From the NCBI GenBank assembly GCA_051362555.1, contig CM120649.1, forward strand, positions 868,001 through 932,000: a DNA stretch of 64,000 bases, read 5' to 3'. The stretch's first letter is position 1; every line of letters starts with the position of its first letter. This document shows positions 42,371 through 54,281 of the stretch, one piece after another. Source of the DNA: Lingula anatina (lineage: Eukaryota > Animalia > Brachiopoda). The position numbers and the translations under genes are program-made. A model generated the notes under the pieces. It saw nothing but the letters and a program-made list of their open reading frames with translations, made no database searches and was not told the origin of the DNA.

Positions 42371-43459
42371 TGTCATTTTACGCTTGACCAAAACCAACCG
42401 GCGTGAGATATCTCTTGCAGACGAGAGAAAGAAGCAAAGTGGCTGACGCGTAGATTAGATTGAAATTTAACTAAGAATACCTTTCATTCGAAAATCAGTG
42501 CCACAACACAATCACCTTTCTGCTTTAAAAACTGAATTTTGGTGCAGCCATTGCGCGGTCCTTATAGTGGTATCAGACATACAGTGTAGCTGTCAAACTT
42601 TGCACGCGACATAAACGTGTACATGTATTGTGTTTATAGAAGCAAATGTTTTTTTGATAAGCAAAAAATACCATGACATCTAGTATAACATTTTCTTCTA
42701 AAAAGATATTATTAATTTTTCAATTCACAGCTTAAATACAGTAAATAAAATTAAATAAAGCAAATTAAAATATGCTGTACGTTTGACTTTGGGTTAATAA
42801 GATTCAAATGCAGATTTACTGCGGAGCAGTTCATTTGATTGACGGATACTCGAAATTGCCGTTGTTCGTCAGGGCCACTGTAAAGCTCCCCATGCAAAGG
42901 TATGAATAGTGAGCAAGCTAGCTTTATAGTGCCTTGACACTCCTGGCAGGTTGTTGAAACTTGATTGCGATTGTGGAGGCACTCCGGGTTATTTTTACTG
43001 CCCCCATTATAGGGCAAGATGTTCAACATGTTACTCATACATTTATCCAGCAATATATCATTTGCAGGTTTCTCCGTCTGCCTCAACACTACCACTGATA
43101 AGCCAAAGCATAAATGTTAGATCTCAACGTCATCTCAAACATCAATATATAATTTCTTAAGCTTCAATAAAACATTAAGTTAAAAGGACCGTGCTTGTCT
43201 CTCTTAGTCTGTACATTTATTTGTATCCAACTGAGCGTGGTTTGATTTAAATCTATTTTATAAACCCTTACACTAGGTCAGACTTATCAATATAAACAAC
43301 TCAGTTCAGATAACAGCGATAAAATATGTCACCACGTCTGTATTACACATAGAGAAAGCGCTACATGTATTTTGCTGATTAAGATGACTTTGAAATCTCC
43401 ATGAACATTGAACGTCTCACCTAACTAGGTGTACATGTCCCGAGAGATAGCACATCTAA

Positions 43460-43516
43460 ATGGCGACTGGAGGCAAGTATCTACCATCAAGAGAAATATA
43501 ACTGGAGAAAAGAGAG
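43460..43516 (+). other. Putative TRIM1 leader exon end with 13-codon uORF MATGGKYLPSREI*
   Basis: uORF 43460-43501, donor GAGAG|GTAATT at 43516/43517; homologs precede all four TRIM genes. Confidence 0.6.
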
Positions 43517-44035
43517 GTAATTAGAATTCTGAAGACATTGGTAGTTATTACAGTCTGTGTCTGCGCCTGTGTAAGGTTGTGAAAAAATAATGGCTGTTGC
43601 CCAGTTGGAATTTTATGATTTTTGTTGCTGATGGTTATCCTCTACGTAAAATGTTAACTGTTGTGAATAATATTATTTTCATTTATTTCACATGATTTCC
43701 TTTTGTGTTCGTGCTATATTCAGTTCTGTATGTCCTGCTATCAGCCAAAATTTATTCATCTCTTTCTGCTGTGGGTAGATCTTACTGCAACTGCGCTCAT
43801 CTTAGTGGTGTAAAGTATTGTAATATACATTATATACATAGGCTTAAGGGTCCTCCACGCGTCTTTCGTAGGTCAGATATTGTTTTATTTCATCAACACA
43901 TTTCGTCCCATAAATATCTCCATATTTACATGCATTTAGATATAGTTTAATGGTGTGTTTACCTCCATCACTAAATCTATATCATTAAACCCATGTCCCT
44001 CATTGCTCTATTTTAGGATATTGGTCCTAGGAGAA

Positions 44036-45928
44036 ATGTCTTTGTCCAAGATCCTAACGGAAGATTTCCTAACGTGCAGCATATGCCTTGAAAAGTTTAA
44101 AGTCCCCAAGGCCCTTGGCTGTTTACATACGTTTTGCCAGCATTGCCTCCAAGACCTTTTGGAAAGAAATTTCCAAGGTCAGCCTCGATTCCCTTGTCCT
44201 ATCTGTAGACGTCAGTGTGACCTCCCTGGGGGTGGTGTTAGCAGTTTACAAACAAACCATCTTGTGATCAGCATATCACACGCACTTGCTCAAGTAGAAC
44301 AAGCCAAAGCTACCAAGAAATGCGAGGTATGTTGTCTGAAGAATATACGCATTCCACCAACGGCAACAAAACGTTGTTTGAACTGTGAGGAAAGTATGTG
44401 TGGTGATTGTTCTTCGGAGCATGTACTTCATAAGTTAAATCGTGACCACAAACTATTTCCTGTCGACCAGTTAGGAAGCGACGAGTACGTAACAGAGCTG
44501 CGTGCCCGACAGAGCGTCCCTTGTGACCACAACAGCAAGGACCACGTAGAAATCTTCTGCCCAGTGTGTGAAAAGTGCATCTGCGCCACCTGTAGTTTTT
44601 TGGAACACAAAGATCATGATTGCCTTAGAATCAAAGCTGCTGCAGACAAACGCAAGGAAAAACTAGAACTCCTCTTTAGGCCCATTGAGAAGAAAAGTCT
44701 AGTCTACGATCAGTTCAAGACCGCCGCTGAAGACCAGAAAAAGTCGGTTGAAGAAGGAAGAAAGAAGGCAAAGAGTCAAGTAAACAACCATTTGGAGCTA
44801 CTTATTAAGATGGCCAGTCAACGTGCCGAGGATCTTCTGGAAGAAATAGATGCCAAGTCGAATGCCAAACTAGAGGTTTTAAATGTATTAATTGCAACTG
44901 CAACCGCTGAGCAAAATCAACTGGTTGACGTTGTAGAATTCTCGAGAAAGCTCATTAACCATGGGAACGACATGGATGTCCTGCAAATGGCCTCCGCCTG
45001 TGAGCAAAGCAGCGAGAGCATTCACGCCCTCAAAATTCCAACCCTGCCCGCAGCCATGACCCAACTACAGCTTATCACCAACGACATGGAGGAGTGCGTT
45101 ACCAATATCAACCGTTGCCTTGGAGACGTGGTTCCAGCTGTAAGTGGAAGATTGTTGACATCATTCAGAGTAGATTTGGATCCAAAGGAGATATTCAGCG
45201 ACGTGACCACTGATACAAATGGTGACATCCTTATTGGTATTTGGTGTAATGAGGACTTTTCAAGGAATAGAATCCACATCTACGACACCACCTTTGTACT
45301 ACAGGGCAGTGTTCCAAACCCACGAGCAGCAGAAAAAGGCGCCTTTGGTGGTATTGCCATTGATACTTACGGTAACATCGTCACTAGATGTCAGGGGTCG
45401 AATGAAATCATTGTCTACACCAAGACAGGGGACCAGGTGAGAACATTCCACAGTGAGTCACCACATGCAGTAGCGGTCAACAGCAAGGGTCACTATGTGG
45501 TGGCCGGTCGTAATACTCTGACTGTGCACCACAAGGATGGCAAGGTCCTGCAGACGAAACAAGATCCAGAAGGTAAATATTCCAAATGCATCCACTGCAA
45601 CATGAATGACGATATCATCGTCACAGGAGATGATCACATCCGTGTATACGATTCCACTCTCCAGCTTAAATTCAGATATGGTTCCCAGGGTGATGGGGAC
45701 GGACAGGTGAACATTCCGCGTGGTACATGCTGCTTGGATAATGGAGACATAATCCTAACGGACTTCAACAACCATCGTCTACACCTGGTGTCACCAGATG
45801 GGAAATTCAAGTATTTTCTTTTAGGCGAACACAATGGACTATGCTATCCAACAGATGTTACTATAAAACATGTAGGAAAACTGGTCGTTGGGGAGAGTGG
45901 AGGCAATATTAAATTTTTTGAATTATGA
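44036..45928 (+). CDS. TRIM-NHL E3 ligase copy 1 (RING, B-box1, B-box2, coiled coil, NHL propeller), 630 aa, single coding exon
   Basis: RING LTCSIC...CLHTFC..C...CPICR, B-box1 CEVC...C..C...MC..C...H, B-box2 CDH...FC..C...IC..C...H..H, heptad region, NHL blades (PHAVAVNSKGHYVV; PRGTCCLDNGDIILTDFNNHRL). No filamin domain seen, so TRIM56/TRIM2-3-like. The GTG-started extension in the ORF track is intron sequence (acceptor ttttag| at 44016). Confidence 0.93.
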   Translation: MSLSKILTEDFLTCSICLEKFKVPKALGCLHTFCQHCLQDLLERNFQGQPRFPCPICRRQCDLPGGGVSSLQTNHLVISISHALAQVEQAKATKKCEVCCLKNIRIPPTATKRCLNCEESMCGDCSSEHVLHKLNRDHKLFPVDQLGSDEYVTELRARQSVPCDHNSKDHVEIFCPVCEKCICATCSFLEHKDHDCLRIKAAADKRKEKLELLFRPIEKKSLVYDQFKTAAEDQKKSVEEGRKKAKSQVNNHLELLIKMASQRAEDLLEEIDAKSNAKLEVLNVLIATATAEQNQLVDVVEFSRKLINHGNDMDVLQMASACEQSSESIHALKIPTLPAAMTQLQLITNDMEECVTNINRCLGDVVPAVSGRLLTSFRVDLDPKEIFSDVTTDTNGDILIGIWCNEDFSRNRIHIYDTTFVLQGSVPNPRAAEKGAFGGIAIDTYGNIVTRCQGSNEIIVYTKTGDQVRTFHSESPHAVAVNSKGHYVVAGRNTLTVHHKDGKVLQTKQDPEGKYSKCIHCNMNDDIIVTGDDHIRVYDSTLQLKFRYGSQGDGDGQVNIPRGTCCLDNGDIILTDFNNHRLHLVSPDGKFKYFLLGEHNGLCYPTDVTIKHVGKLVVGESGGNIKFFEL

Positions 45929-46499
45929 TTGATGGATAAGTTAACAAAGGACACTAAAAGGATCATTGAAATACAGACAGTACCCCAGTAAACATTGTAT
46001 CGGCCCAGTTTTCACGGATTTTGCCGTCGATGAACCGCTGGTGAACCCGTACAGTAAAACAGGCCGAAATTCACTTAATCTAAATTTTTAATTTTTAAAC
46101 TTTTGAAATGGGTAATAAACATTAATAGCCTCAGGTAACAAATACTAGTGGAAGTTTGTCTTTCGATCAGATGAGACAAAAGAAATTTAGTCTCAATTGG
46201 CTCACGACCTACTATAGCAAGTACAGCCAGCAGCAAGGACATCCAACAATTAATATTGTTCTAGAAAAAAATTATAACATCAGCATAGCAAAAAGGGTGA
46301 TTTATACTACCTCCTTTATAAATATTACCGATGAGGGAACTGACTGTAAAGTAACAACTTGTGGTACGCTGATTATGTGTGTCCAACATCGATATATGTT
46401 GCTTGAAGTATGCTTACTTAGAAAAAAATAGCTTTCAATAATACTCTATGTTAATGTTTCAAAAGACCAGTACTTTTTTACTAAAATGCTGCTCATGAA

Positions 46500-46745
46500 C
46501 TTCATATGTTTTAAAATGTTTATTCAGTTTTATGCTAATCACTGGATATAATGACTTCGTTCCTGGAAGGGCAAAGAATAAAAAGCGGTATTCACGAGTC
46601 ACAAGAATGTAGAAAACGGAAATGCCCAATGGGGCGCTCTCTGATATCACAGGGACTTCTTATTATAGCCTGTGGCAAAAGTAAATACGGTCAGCCATTT
46701 TAACAGGCTATATACTTGCCACTCCTGTAGTTAAATAAGGGACGT
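46500..46745 (+). repeat. TRIM 3' flank block containing AATAAA (copy after TRIM1)
   Basis: TAATCACTGGATATAATGAC...GGGCAAAGAATAAAAAGCGG; homologs at ~47430-47750, ~52050-52390 and ~58590-58947. Confidence 0.8.
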
Positions 46746-47429
46746 AAAAAGCCCCCCCCCCCCCATGCAGGTATTGTGTAATGTTGTGTTCGAATATTTA
46801 CTATTTGCGTGTCTCGTCTGTTACGTCACCGAACGCGATGTCTCTGTGTGTAGAAACTTGATCACGTGTCGTTAACGCCCGCCACCCCTCCCCAAGTATG
46901 TAACTGATTGGGAATCCACCTGTAACATGAAAATTTGACTCCTCACATGAAACCTTGATTCCCTTTTTTTTCAGCTTTTGAAAACAAATATTGGAAAGAA
47001 CAACAGCAAGTGTTTTGTTTGGCTTGCTATATATGAATAATTCATTAAAAAGGCCATAGCTGCTGATTTCTTGAGCTAAAAATGTAATATGTAGCATTTG
47101 TACATGGGAGGCCAAATCTGTCAGGTAGTAAGATGAATACTTGTTTTAAAAATTATCAATTTTCACCAAAATTTTCAGCACAAATTTTCAAATACCAAGA
47201 AAATATGCGTCACAACGCAAACTGCGTGGAAAATAATGGCATGGTGACTAAATATAAAATAGGGCTTTTTCTTCATGGGAGTCCAAATTCTATGGGTGTG
47301 AAAATGAAGAATTTTGTTGATTTCTTTTTTTTCGTTTTTTCACCCAATATTTTACCATAAAACTTCCAAATATTCCCAATATATAGTTTTAAATAATAGC
47401 GTATAAAATCGTTTCAAAAGACAAGTTTA

Positions 47430-47750
47430 TTTTTAAAAATAAAATCCTGTTTATGAGTTTCAAATATATATTTATACAGTTATGTAATAATCACCGGGTA
47501 TAATGACTTAGTTTCTCGAAAAGCAAGAATAAAAAGCGGCATATACCCGTTTAGAGTCATGGGAATGGGAAATTAGAAAATGTAAATAACCATTGGGACA
47601 CTCTTTGATATCAGAGAGGCTTCTCATATAACCTGTGGCAAAAGTTAAGACGGTCAGCCATTTTTACAGATTATATACTTTCCACCTCTGTAGTTATTGA
47701 CGTAGGTACAAACGTACCTTGGCAAAACTATATCCGTAATAATTGTGACA
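47430..47750 (+). repeat. Orphan TRIM 3' flank block with no TRIM CDS directly in front
   Basis: Aligns with the post-TRIM3 block 58590-58947, including TATATCCGTAATAATTGTGA. Confidence 0.75.
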
Positions 47751-48372
47751 ACAAGGATAACAACTATCCATTTTTACCCCCAAAGAAAGGATTTTTGTAG
47801 AGTAGACGACAATTCCCCATACTCATCAATGGTTAATTAATCTGCTCAGACATCCAAAGTTGGTCCATTTTTTATAATTTATTTACTTATGTTTAAGTTA
47901 TTTTTCTTTTTAATCTCTCAATAAATCGTAACAGAGGTGACAATGACAGATTCCAAAATAATTGCGATAACTGCCGTTTTGGTGGTAAAAGATAATTTAT
48001 TATTCTTCTATGAGTTGTTTACAGTGTATGTATTGTGAAATATGAATCTCATACGAACAGTTGTTATCCCTTTAATGCTAATGTAGATCAAGACTGTCTT
48101 CAACTAACTTCTGGAAGCTGGTCAAGGATATTTCAAGAGCAATAGGGTATGTTGACAGTCTCCATTTGGAGATGATACGTAACATTTTTGCTGAAGCGTC
48201 TTTTTTTACCTCAATCAAGAACGAGTTACCGTGTATGGCACGATCACCTGTAGACTAAGATACATGTATAATGCGGTAGGAGAGACATAACACAGTGTGG
48301 GGCAGATTGTGGTTGTTGAGACTCAATTGTTGAGGCACTGCGAGTTCTTTTACTGTTCCCACAGTAAACTAA

Positions 48373-48617
48373 GAGACCATTCCAAGACCCTACCGTACTA
48401 ACTTTGGATCTCCAAGGGGATTCTCGCTTAATTGGAATTTACTTAAGTGGCTTAAATGTCTGCCACGCCTACTTAAGCTGATAGGGTGTAATTACCAGTA
48501 ACTATCGTTTAGCAGCTTTAGTAGGCGTCCCAGACATATAGACCACTTAAGCTGAAAGCAATTTAGTGAGAAACCCCGTGGAGATGGACCGATCCTGTTA
48601 GGGGTGGGAACCCAGTG
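48373..48617. mobile_element. Family A Harbinger-like MITE inserted upstream of TRIM2
   Basis: TAA TSD (48370-72, 48618-20); colinear with 11334-11589; absent from the homologous sites upstream of TRIM1 (~43015), TRIM3 (~55420) and TRIM4 (~62050). Confidence 0.85.
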
Positions 48618-49641
48618 TAATGTGTTCAGAATATTACTCAAACATTTATCCGACAATGTGTTCATTTCCAGGTTTCTCTGTCTGCCTTAACTCTACCACT
48701 GGCAAGTCAAAATATTAATGTTAAATCTCAACGCCATCTCAAACATCAAAATATAATTTCTTAAGCTTCAGTTTAACATTAAGTTGAAAGGACCGTGTTT
48801 GTCTCTCTTAGTCTGTACATTTATCTGTATCCAACTGAGCGTGATTTGATTTAAATATATTTTATAAACGCTTACACTCGGTCAGACTTATCAATGTACA
48901 CAACTCAATTCAGATAACAGCAGTAAAATATGTCACCACGTCTGTATTGCACATAGAGAAAGCGCTATATTTCTGATTAAGATGACTTTGAAGTCTCGTT
49001 GAACATTGAACGTCTCACCTGACCAGGTGTACATGTCACGAGAGACAGCACTTCTAAATGGCGACTGGAGGCGAGTACCTGCCAACAAGAGAAATATAAG
49101 TGGAGAAAAGAGAGGTTGTTAGAATTCTGAACACATATTGGGTGGGTAGTTTTTACAGTCTGTATCTGCGTAAGGCGGTGAAAACATAATGGATGTTACA
49201 AAGTCAGGATTTTATGATTTTTGTTGCTTGAGGATTAGGGTACCTTCTTCGTAAAATGTCAACTGTTGTGAATAATATTATTTTCTATTTATTTTAAATG
49301 ATACCTTTTTGTGTTCGTGCTATATTCCGTTCCTAATGCCCTGCTATCAGCCAAAATTTATTCATCTCTCTCTGTTGTGGGTAAATCTTATGCACCCGCT
49401 CTCACCCTAGTGGTGTAAAGTATTGTAATACACCGGTACACTCTTTCGGGTTCTCCACACGTCTTTCGTAGGTCAAATATTGTTTTATTTAATCTAAACA
49501 TTTCATCCCATAAATATATCCATATTTACATATATAGATATATAGATATAGTTTAATGGTGTGTTTACCTCCATCACCAAATCTATAGCATTAAACCCAT
49601 GCCCCTCATTTCTCTATTTTAGGATATTGGTCCTAGGAAAA

Positions 49642-51549
49642 ATGTCTCTGTCCAAGATCCTAACGGAAGATTTCCTAACGTGCAGCATATGTCTTGAAAA
49701 GTTTAAACTTCCCAAAGCCCTCGGCTGTTCACATACCTTTTGCCAGCATTGCCTCCAAGACTATTTGGACAGAAACTTTAAAGGTCAGCCTGGCTTCCCT
49801 TGTCCCATCTGTAGACGAAAGTGTGACCTCCCTGTGGGCGGTGTTAGCAGTTTGCAAACAAATCATCTTGTGGTCAGCATATCACATACACTTGCTCAAG
49901 TAGAAAAAGCCAAAGCTGCCAAGAAATGCGAGGTATGTTGTCTGAAAAGAGTCGTCAATCCACCAACGGCAACAAAACATTGTTTGAACTGTGAGGAAAA
50001 TATGTGTGGGGATTGTTCTTCAGACCATGTTCTTCATAAGTTAAACCGTGACCACAAACTCTTTCCTGTGGATCAGTTAGACAGTGACGAATACGTAACA
50101 GAGCTACATGCCCGACAGAACGTCCTCTGTGACCACAACAACAAGGAACCCGTAGAAATCTTCTGTCCAGTGTGTAAAAAGTACATCTGCGCTACGTGTA
50201 TGTTTTTGGAACACAAGGATCATGATTGCCTTAGAATCAAAACTGCTGCCGACAAACGCAAGGAAAAACTGGCACTCCTCGTTAGGCCCATTGAAAAGAA
50301 AAATCTACTTTACAATCAGTTCAAGACCGCCGCTGAAGACCAGAAAAAGTCGGTTGAAGAAGGAAGAAAGAAGGCAAAGAGTCAGGTTAACAACCAGATG
50401 GAGCTACTTATTAAGATGGTCCGCCAACATGCCGAGAGTCTTCTGGAAGAAATAGATGGCAAGTCGAATGCAAAACTAGAGGCTTTAAATGCTTTAATTG
50501 CAACTGCTACAGCTGAGCAAAATCAACTGGACGACGTTGCAGACTTCTCAAGAAAACTCATAAGCCATGGGAACGACATGGATGTCCTGCAAATGGCCTC
50601 CGCCTGTGAGCAAAGCAGCGAGAGCGTCCAGAATCTCGACATCCCGACCCTGACCGCAGCCATGACCCAGCTACAGCTTATCACCAACGACATGGAGCAG
50701 TGCGTTACCAATATCAACCGTTGCCTAGGAGACGTGGTTCCCACTGTGAGTGGAAGACTGGTGACATCATTCTTAGTAGAGCTGTCCAAGACTCCAAAGG
50801 AGATGATCACTCACGTGACCACTGATACGGATGGTGACATCCTTATTAGTATTTGGTGTATTGAGGACTTTTCACGGAACAGAATCCACATCTACGACAC
50901 CACCTTTGTCCTACAGGGCACAATTCCAAACCCAAGAGCAGCAGAAAATGACGCGTTTTCTGGGATTGCCATTGATGATGACGGTAACATCGTCACTAGA
51001 TGCCAGGTGTCAAATGAAATCAATGTCTACACCAAGACAGGGGACCACGTGAGAACATTCCACAGTGAGTCACCTCAGGCAGTAGCAGTCAACAGCAAGG
51101 GTCACTATGTGGTGGTCGGTCTTAATACTCTGACTGTGCACCACAAGGATGGCAAGGTTCTGCAGACGACACCAGACCATGGAGAGGGTAAATATTTCAA
51201 ATACATCCACTGCAACGTGAATGATGATGTCATCGTCACAGATCCAGGAGATCATCACATCCGTGTATACAATTCTACTCTCCAGCTTAAATACAGATAT
51301 GGTACCAAGGGTGATGGGGACGGACAGGTGAAAGAGCCGCATGGCTCATGCTGCTTGGATAATGGAGACATAATTCTAACAGACTTCAACAACCATCGTC
51401 TACACCTGGTGTCACCAGATGGGAAATTCAAGCAGTATCTTTTAAGCAAAGACAATGGACTACGCTTTCCGAGAGATGTTACTATAAACCATCTCGGAAA
51501 ACTGTTAGTTGGGGAAGATGAAGGCGAGATAAAGTTTTTTGAATTATGA
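49642..51549 (+). CDS. TRIM-NHL E3 ligase copy 2 (635 aa)
   Basis: Same architecture as copy 1; ATG 49642 follows acceptor ttttag|GATATTGG. Confidence 0.93.
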   Translation: MSLSKILTEDFLTCSICLEKFKLPKALGCSHTFCQHCLQDYLDRNFKGQPGFPCPICRRKCDLPVGGVSSLQTNHLVVSISHTLAQVEKAKAAKKCEVCCLKRVVNPPTATKHCLNCEENMCGDCSSDHVLHKLNRDHKLFPVDQLDSDEYVTELHARQNVLCDHNNKEPVEIFCPVCKKYICATCMFLEHKDHDCLRIKTAADKRKEKLALLVRPIEKKNLLYNQFKTAAEDQKKSVEEGRKKAKSQVNNQMELLIKMVRQHAESLLEEIDGKSNAKLEALNALIATATAEQNQLDDVADFSRKLISHGNDMDVLQMASACEQSSESVQNLDIPTLTAAMTQLQLITNDMEQCVTNINRCLGDVVPTVSGRLVTSFLVELSKTPKEMITHVTTDTDGDILISIWCIEDFSRNRIHIYDTTFVLQGTIPNPRAAENDAFSGIAIDDDGNIVTRCQVSNEINVYTKTGDHVRTFHSESPQAVAVNSKGHYVVVGLNTLTVHHKDGKVLQTTPDHGEGKYFKYIHCNVNDDVIVTDPGDHHIRVYNSTLQLKYRYGTKGDGDGQVKEPHGSCCLDNGDIILTDFNNHRLHLVSPDGKFKQYLLSKDNGLRFPRDVTINHLGKLLVGEDEGEIKFFEL

Positions 51550-52814
51550 GTGATTGCCAAGCTAACAATGAACTCTGAAAATATCATTTATATGCAGAGA
51601 ATATCCCAGTAAACATTTTATCGGCCCAGTTTTCACGCGTTTCACCATGGTGAACCCGAAGAGGAAAACTGACAGAAATTCATTGATTCTTAATTCTCAA
51701 TTTTTAACTAGTTGTAGTTGTAAGATAACATAATAGCCTGATGTACCAGATACAAGTAGAGGTTTGTCCTTATATCAGTAGTCAAAAGAGATTTAGTCAC
51801 ATTCGGCTTACGACCTACTGGAACAAGGAAATCCAGCATGAATTGATATTGTTGTAGAAAAATGATAACAGATATAGCTTAAAGGGCCAATTATGCTGCG
51901 TTCTTCACAATAATTACCGACGAGGTAACTGAATGTAATAGCAACTTGTGTTACGCTGATTTTCATGCACTTTGTTTGTCCAACTATGATATATATTGCT
52001 TGAAGAATGCTTATTTAGAAAAATTATTTTAATTAATACCATATGTTTCAAATAAATCCTGCTTATGAATTCCGAATATTTATATTTTTCAGTTATATAA
52101 TAATCACTGGGTATAATTACTTTATTTCTTGAAGGGCAAAGAATAAAAAGCGGCATTCACGAGTCTTGAGAATGGGGAGCCTCACGGATCACGCATAATA
52201 AAATTGGACCTTTTCGCATCTACGGAAATAAAAAGTGGGAAACGGAAATACCAATAGGAACCTCTGATATTATAGGGAGTTCCTATACAGCTTGTTGCAA
52301 AATTAAAGAGGGACAGCCAATTTAATAAACTATAAACTTGCCACCCCTTTAGTTACTGACGTAGGTAACACGTCCCACGGCAAAACTATGACCCCATTCA
52401 GAATGCCAACCTACTGTTATCAGGTTATTATAAATATGAGAACAAACATTAACATATACTTTCCTCGAGCACATTTATTAAGAATATTAAAAGTAACGGG
52501 AATATTGCATTTGCAGCAAATGTTATTGATATTGTCTAGGTAGGCCTAAATGTAGAAATACAAGGGCTATGATTTCCAATTTTGTATATAATTATAGGTC
52601 CCGTTGTAACATCATTCATTTATTTTTTTATAGGATGACAAATGCATTTATTTGTCTTTTTATTTCTAAAACACGAAATATGTTTATCATGCTGTGATAT
52701 ATTTTCAATATTGGATCCCATATATCAAAATGTAAGGATTCTTTAAAGATAATATGTAACGCTAAGCATATAAAAAACAACTGTGTTTCTATGTAATTCT
52801 AGAAAAAGATTACA

Positions 52815-53122
52815 TTTATTACCTCCACCAAGGAGGTTGTTTTCACCCCTGTTTGTTTGTCTTTGTCTTTCTTTCTGTCTGTCATCAACATAACTCAAAA
52901 AGTTATGTACAGATTTTAATGAAATTTTTAGGAACTGTCAGAAGTGGGCCAAGGAACAGATGATTAGTTTTTGGTGGTGATCCGGATCAATAATCGATCA
53001 ATAATCAATAAACAAAAATCAAAAAACTAAATCATTATAGAATGAAAATTTAGGGTGAAACGGAATTGGGTGGAGACTTCGCTGCCTTGGCGGAGGTCTG
53101 CGCTTTCGGAGTGCTTGTCTAG
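52815..53122 (+). mobile_element. Non-autonomous Helentron/HINE-type rolling-circle element
   Basis: Subterminal inverted repeats CCTCCACCAAGG (52822) / CCTTGGCGGAGG (53085), GTTT/GTCT microsatellite near the 5' end, 3' hairpin GCGCTTTCGGAGTGC and terminal CTAG followed by TT. Confidence 0.75.
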
Positions 53123-53250
53123 TTATCTGATAAAATGCTACAAATCAGGAAGAACGAATCCACTTAAATTCCACTGGTATTTTGACATGCCATGTATTCA
53201 TACCCTCATGGGAAATAGTCATGCCACAAATTAAAACATAAAAAGAGCGT

Positions 53251-53811
53251 TCAAGCTGTGAAAGGCCCCCAGAATAATTTGGCAGAAGTGTCCACCATGA
53301 CGCCAAAAAACTGGGTACCAGTTAAAATGAATTCCTCTCGGGAGATAAGCCCATTGCCGTCAACATCAATGGCCTGGAAAGACGGAGTCACGGAAAAAGG
53401 ATGAACGCCAAAACTGGCTAAAAAATGGGTAAACTCCTTAAGGGTGACATATCCGTCTCCATTTGCGTCTGCAACGCCATCAAAATAAGTCCCAAACCAA
53501 TCGCGGGCATGCTTCTCCATGTTGGCGGCAAAATCCTTGAAATACCGCGCATGCGCATGCAGAATATCTTCGAATGTCCGGGTGTCCTTCGGTGTTTCGC
53601 TTTTCATGAACGTATCCCATCCTTCATTTAGGAGATCAGAAAAGACCCTGATCTGTTCTTCGCTCATCCATTTTTTGGCTCTGTATAAAATGGTGTCAAC
53701 GAAGTCTGATCTATAGATGATGCCATCGCCATCGAGGTCGAAGAGGATGAAAAAAGAACGCATCTTACGTACCCAAAAATCGGGATAAGGAGCTAGAGAT
53801 TGGCTTGCCAT
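53251..53811 (-). CDS. SCP-type EF-hand protein, copy 2 (186 aa)
   Basis: EF loops DLDGDGIIYRSD, DANGDGYVTLKE, DVDGNGLISREE; 34 substitutions and no indels versus copy 1 by manual count (~82% identity); same attgcag| acceptor 2 nt before the ATG. Confidence 0.92.
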   Translation of the reverse strand: MASQSLAPYPDFWVRKMRSFFILFDLDGDGIIYRSDFVDTILYRAKKWMSEEQIRVFSDLLNEGWDTFMKSETPKDTRTFEDILHAHARYFKDFAANMEKHARDWFGTYFDGVADANGDGYVTLKEFTHFLASFGVHPFSVTPSFQAIDVDGNGLISREEFILTGTQFFGVMVDTSAKLFWGPFTA

Positions 53812-54281
53812 TACTGCAATCTAGAAAAAAAATACAAATCCTGTAATATCTCAAATTCATAATTGCATCTCTTAATCAATTAAAAAATTTTTTCATGACA
53901 TTGTGCACATTAGGTCATCGTGCCTAGTAAATTTATAAAAAAACTCTATTCAAATACATGTATATTTATCCATTAACAAAATAGTTATGCTACAAAGGAC
54001 TATATTCTTTTGACCGAGATTTAACAAAAGGTGTGAAAGATGCGTTTTGTGCCTGTTTCATTAAAGATTTAATATTAAATGGTTAATCTTTAACTGCCAC
54101 ATTCATGGCAAAAGAAAGCCAACTTTACGAAATCAGAATTTTTAAAACGGTCCGACCTTGTGGGGCAAGTGGTAAGTGCGTCGTTCCTCGCGCATCGACA
54201 AAAACTGAAAATGTTCACTTTCATGATCTTAAAGGCGTGAAATAAAAACTATAGTCATAAGAGGATAAACAGTTTGGATCT

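Noticed and set aside
43955-44035. GTG-started N-terminal extensions of TRIM1 and TRIM2 (MFTSITKS...)
   Set aside because: They span the pyrimidine tract and acceptor and are not open in TRIM3.
40591-53811. Calling the EF-hand genes Ca2+-activated photoproteins
   Set aside because: The aequorin-type His/Trp/Tyr residues are not evident, and the FWxxKM and FWGP motifs fit SCP better.
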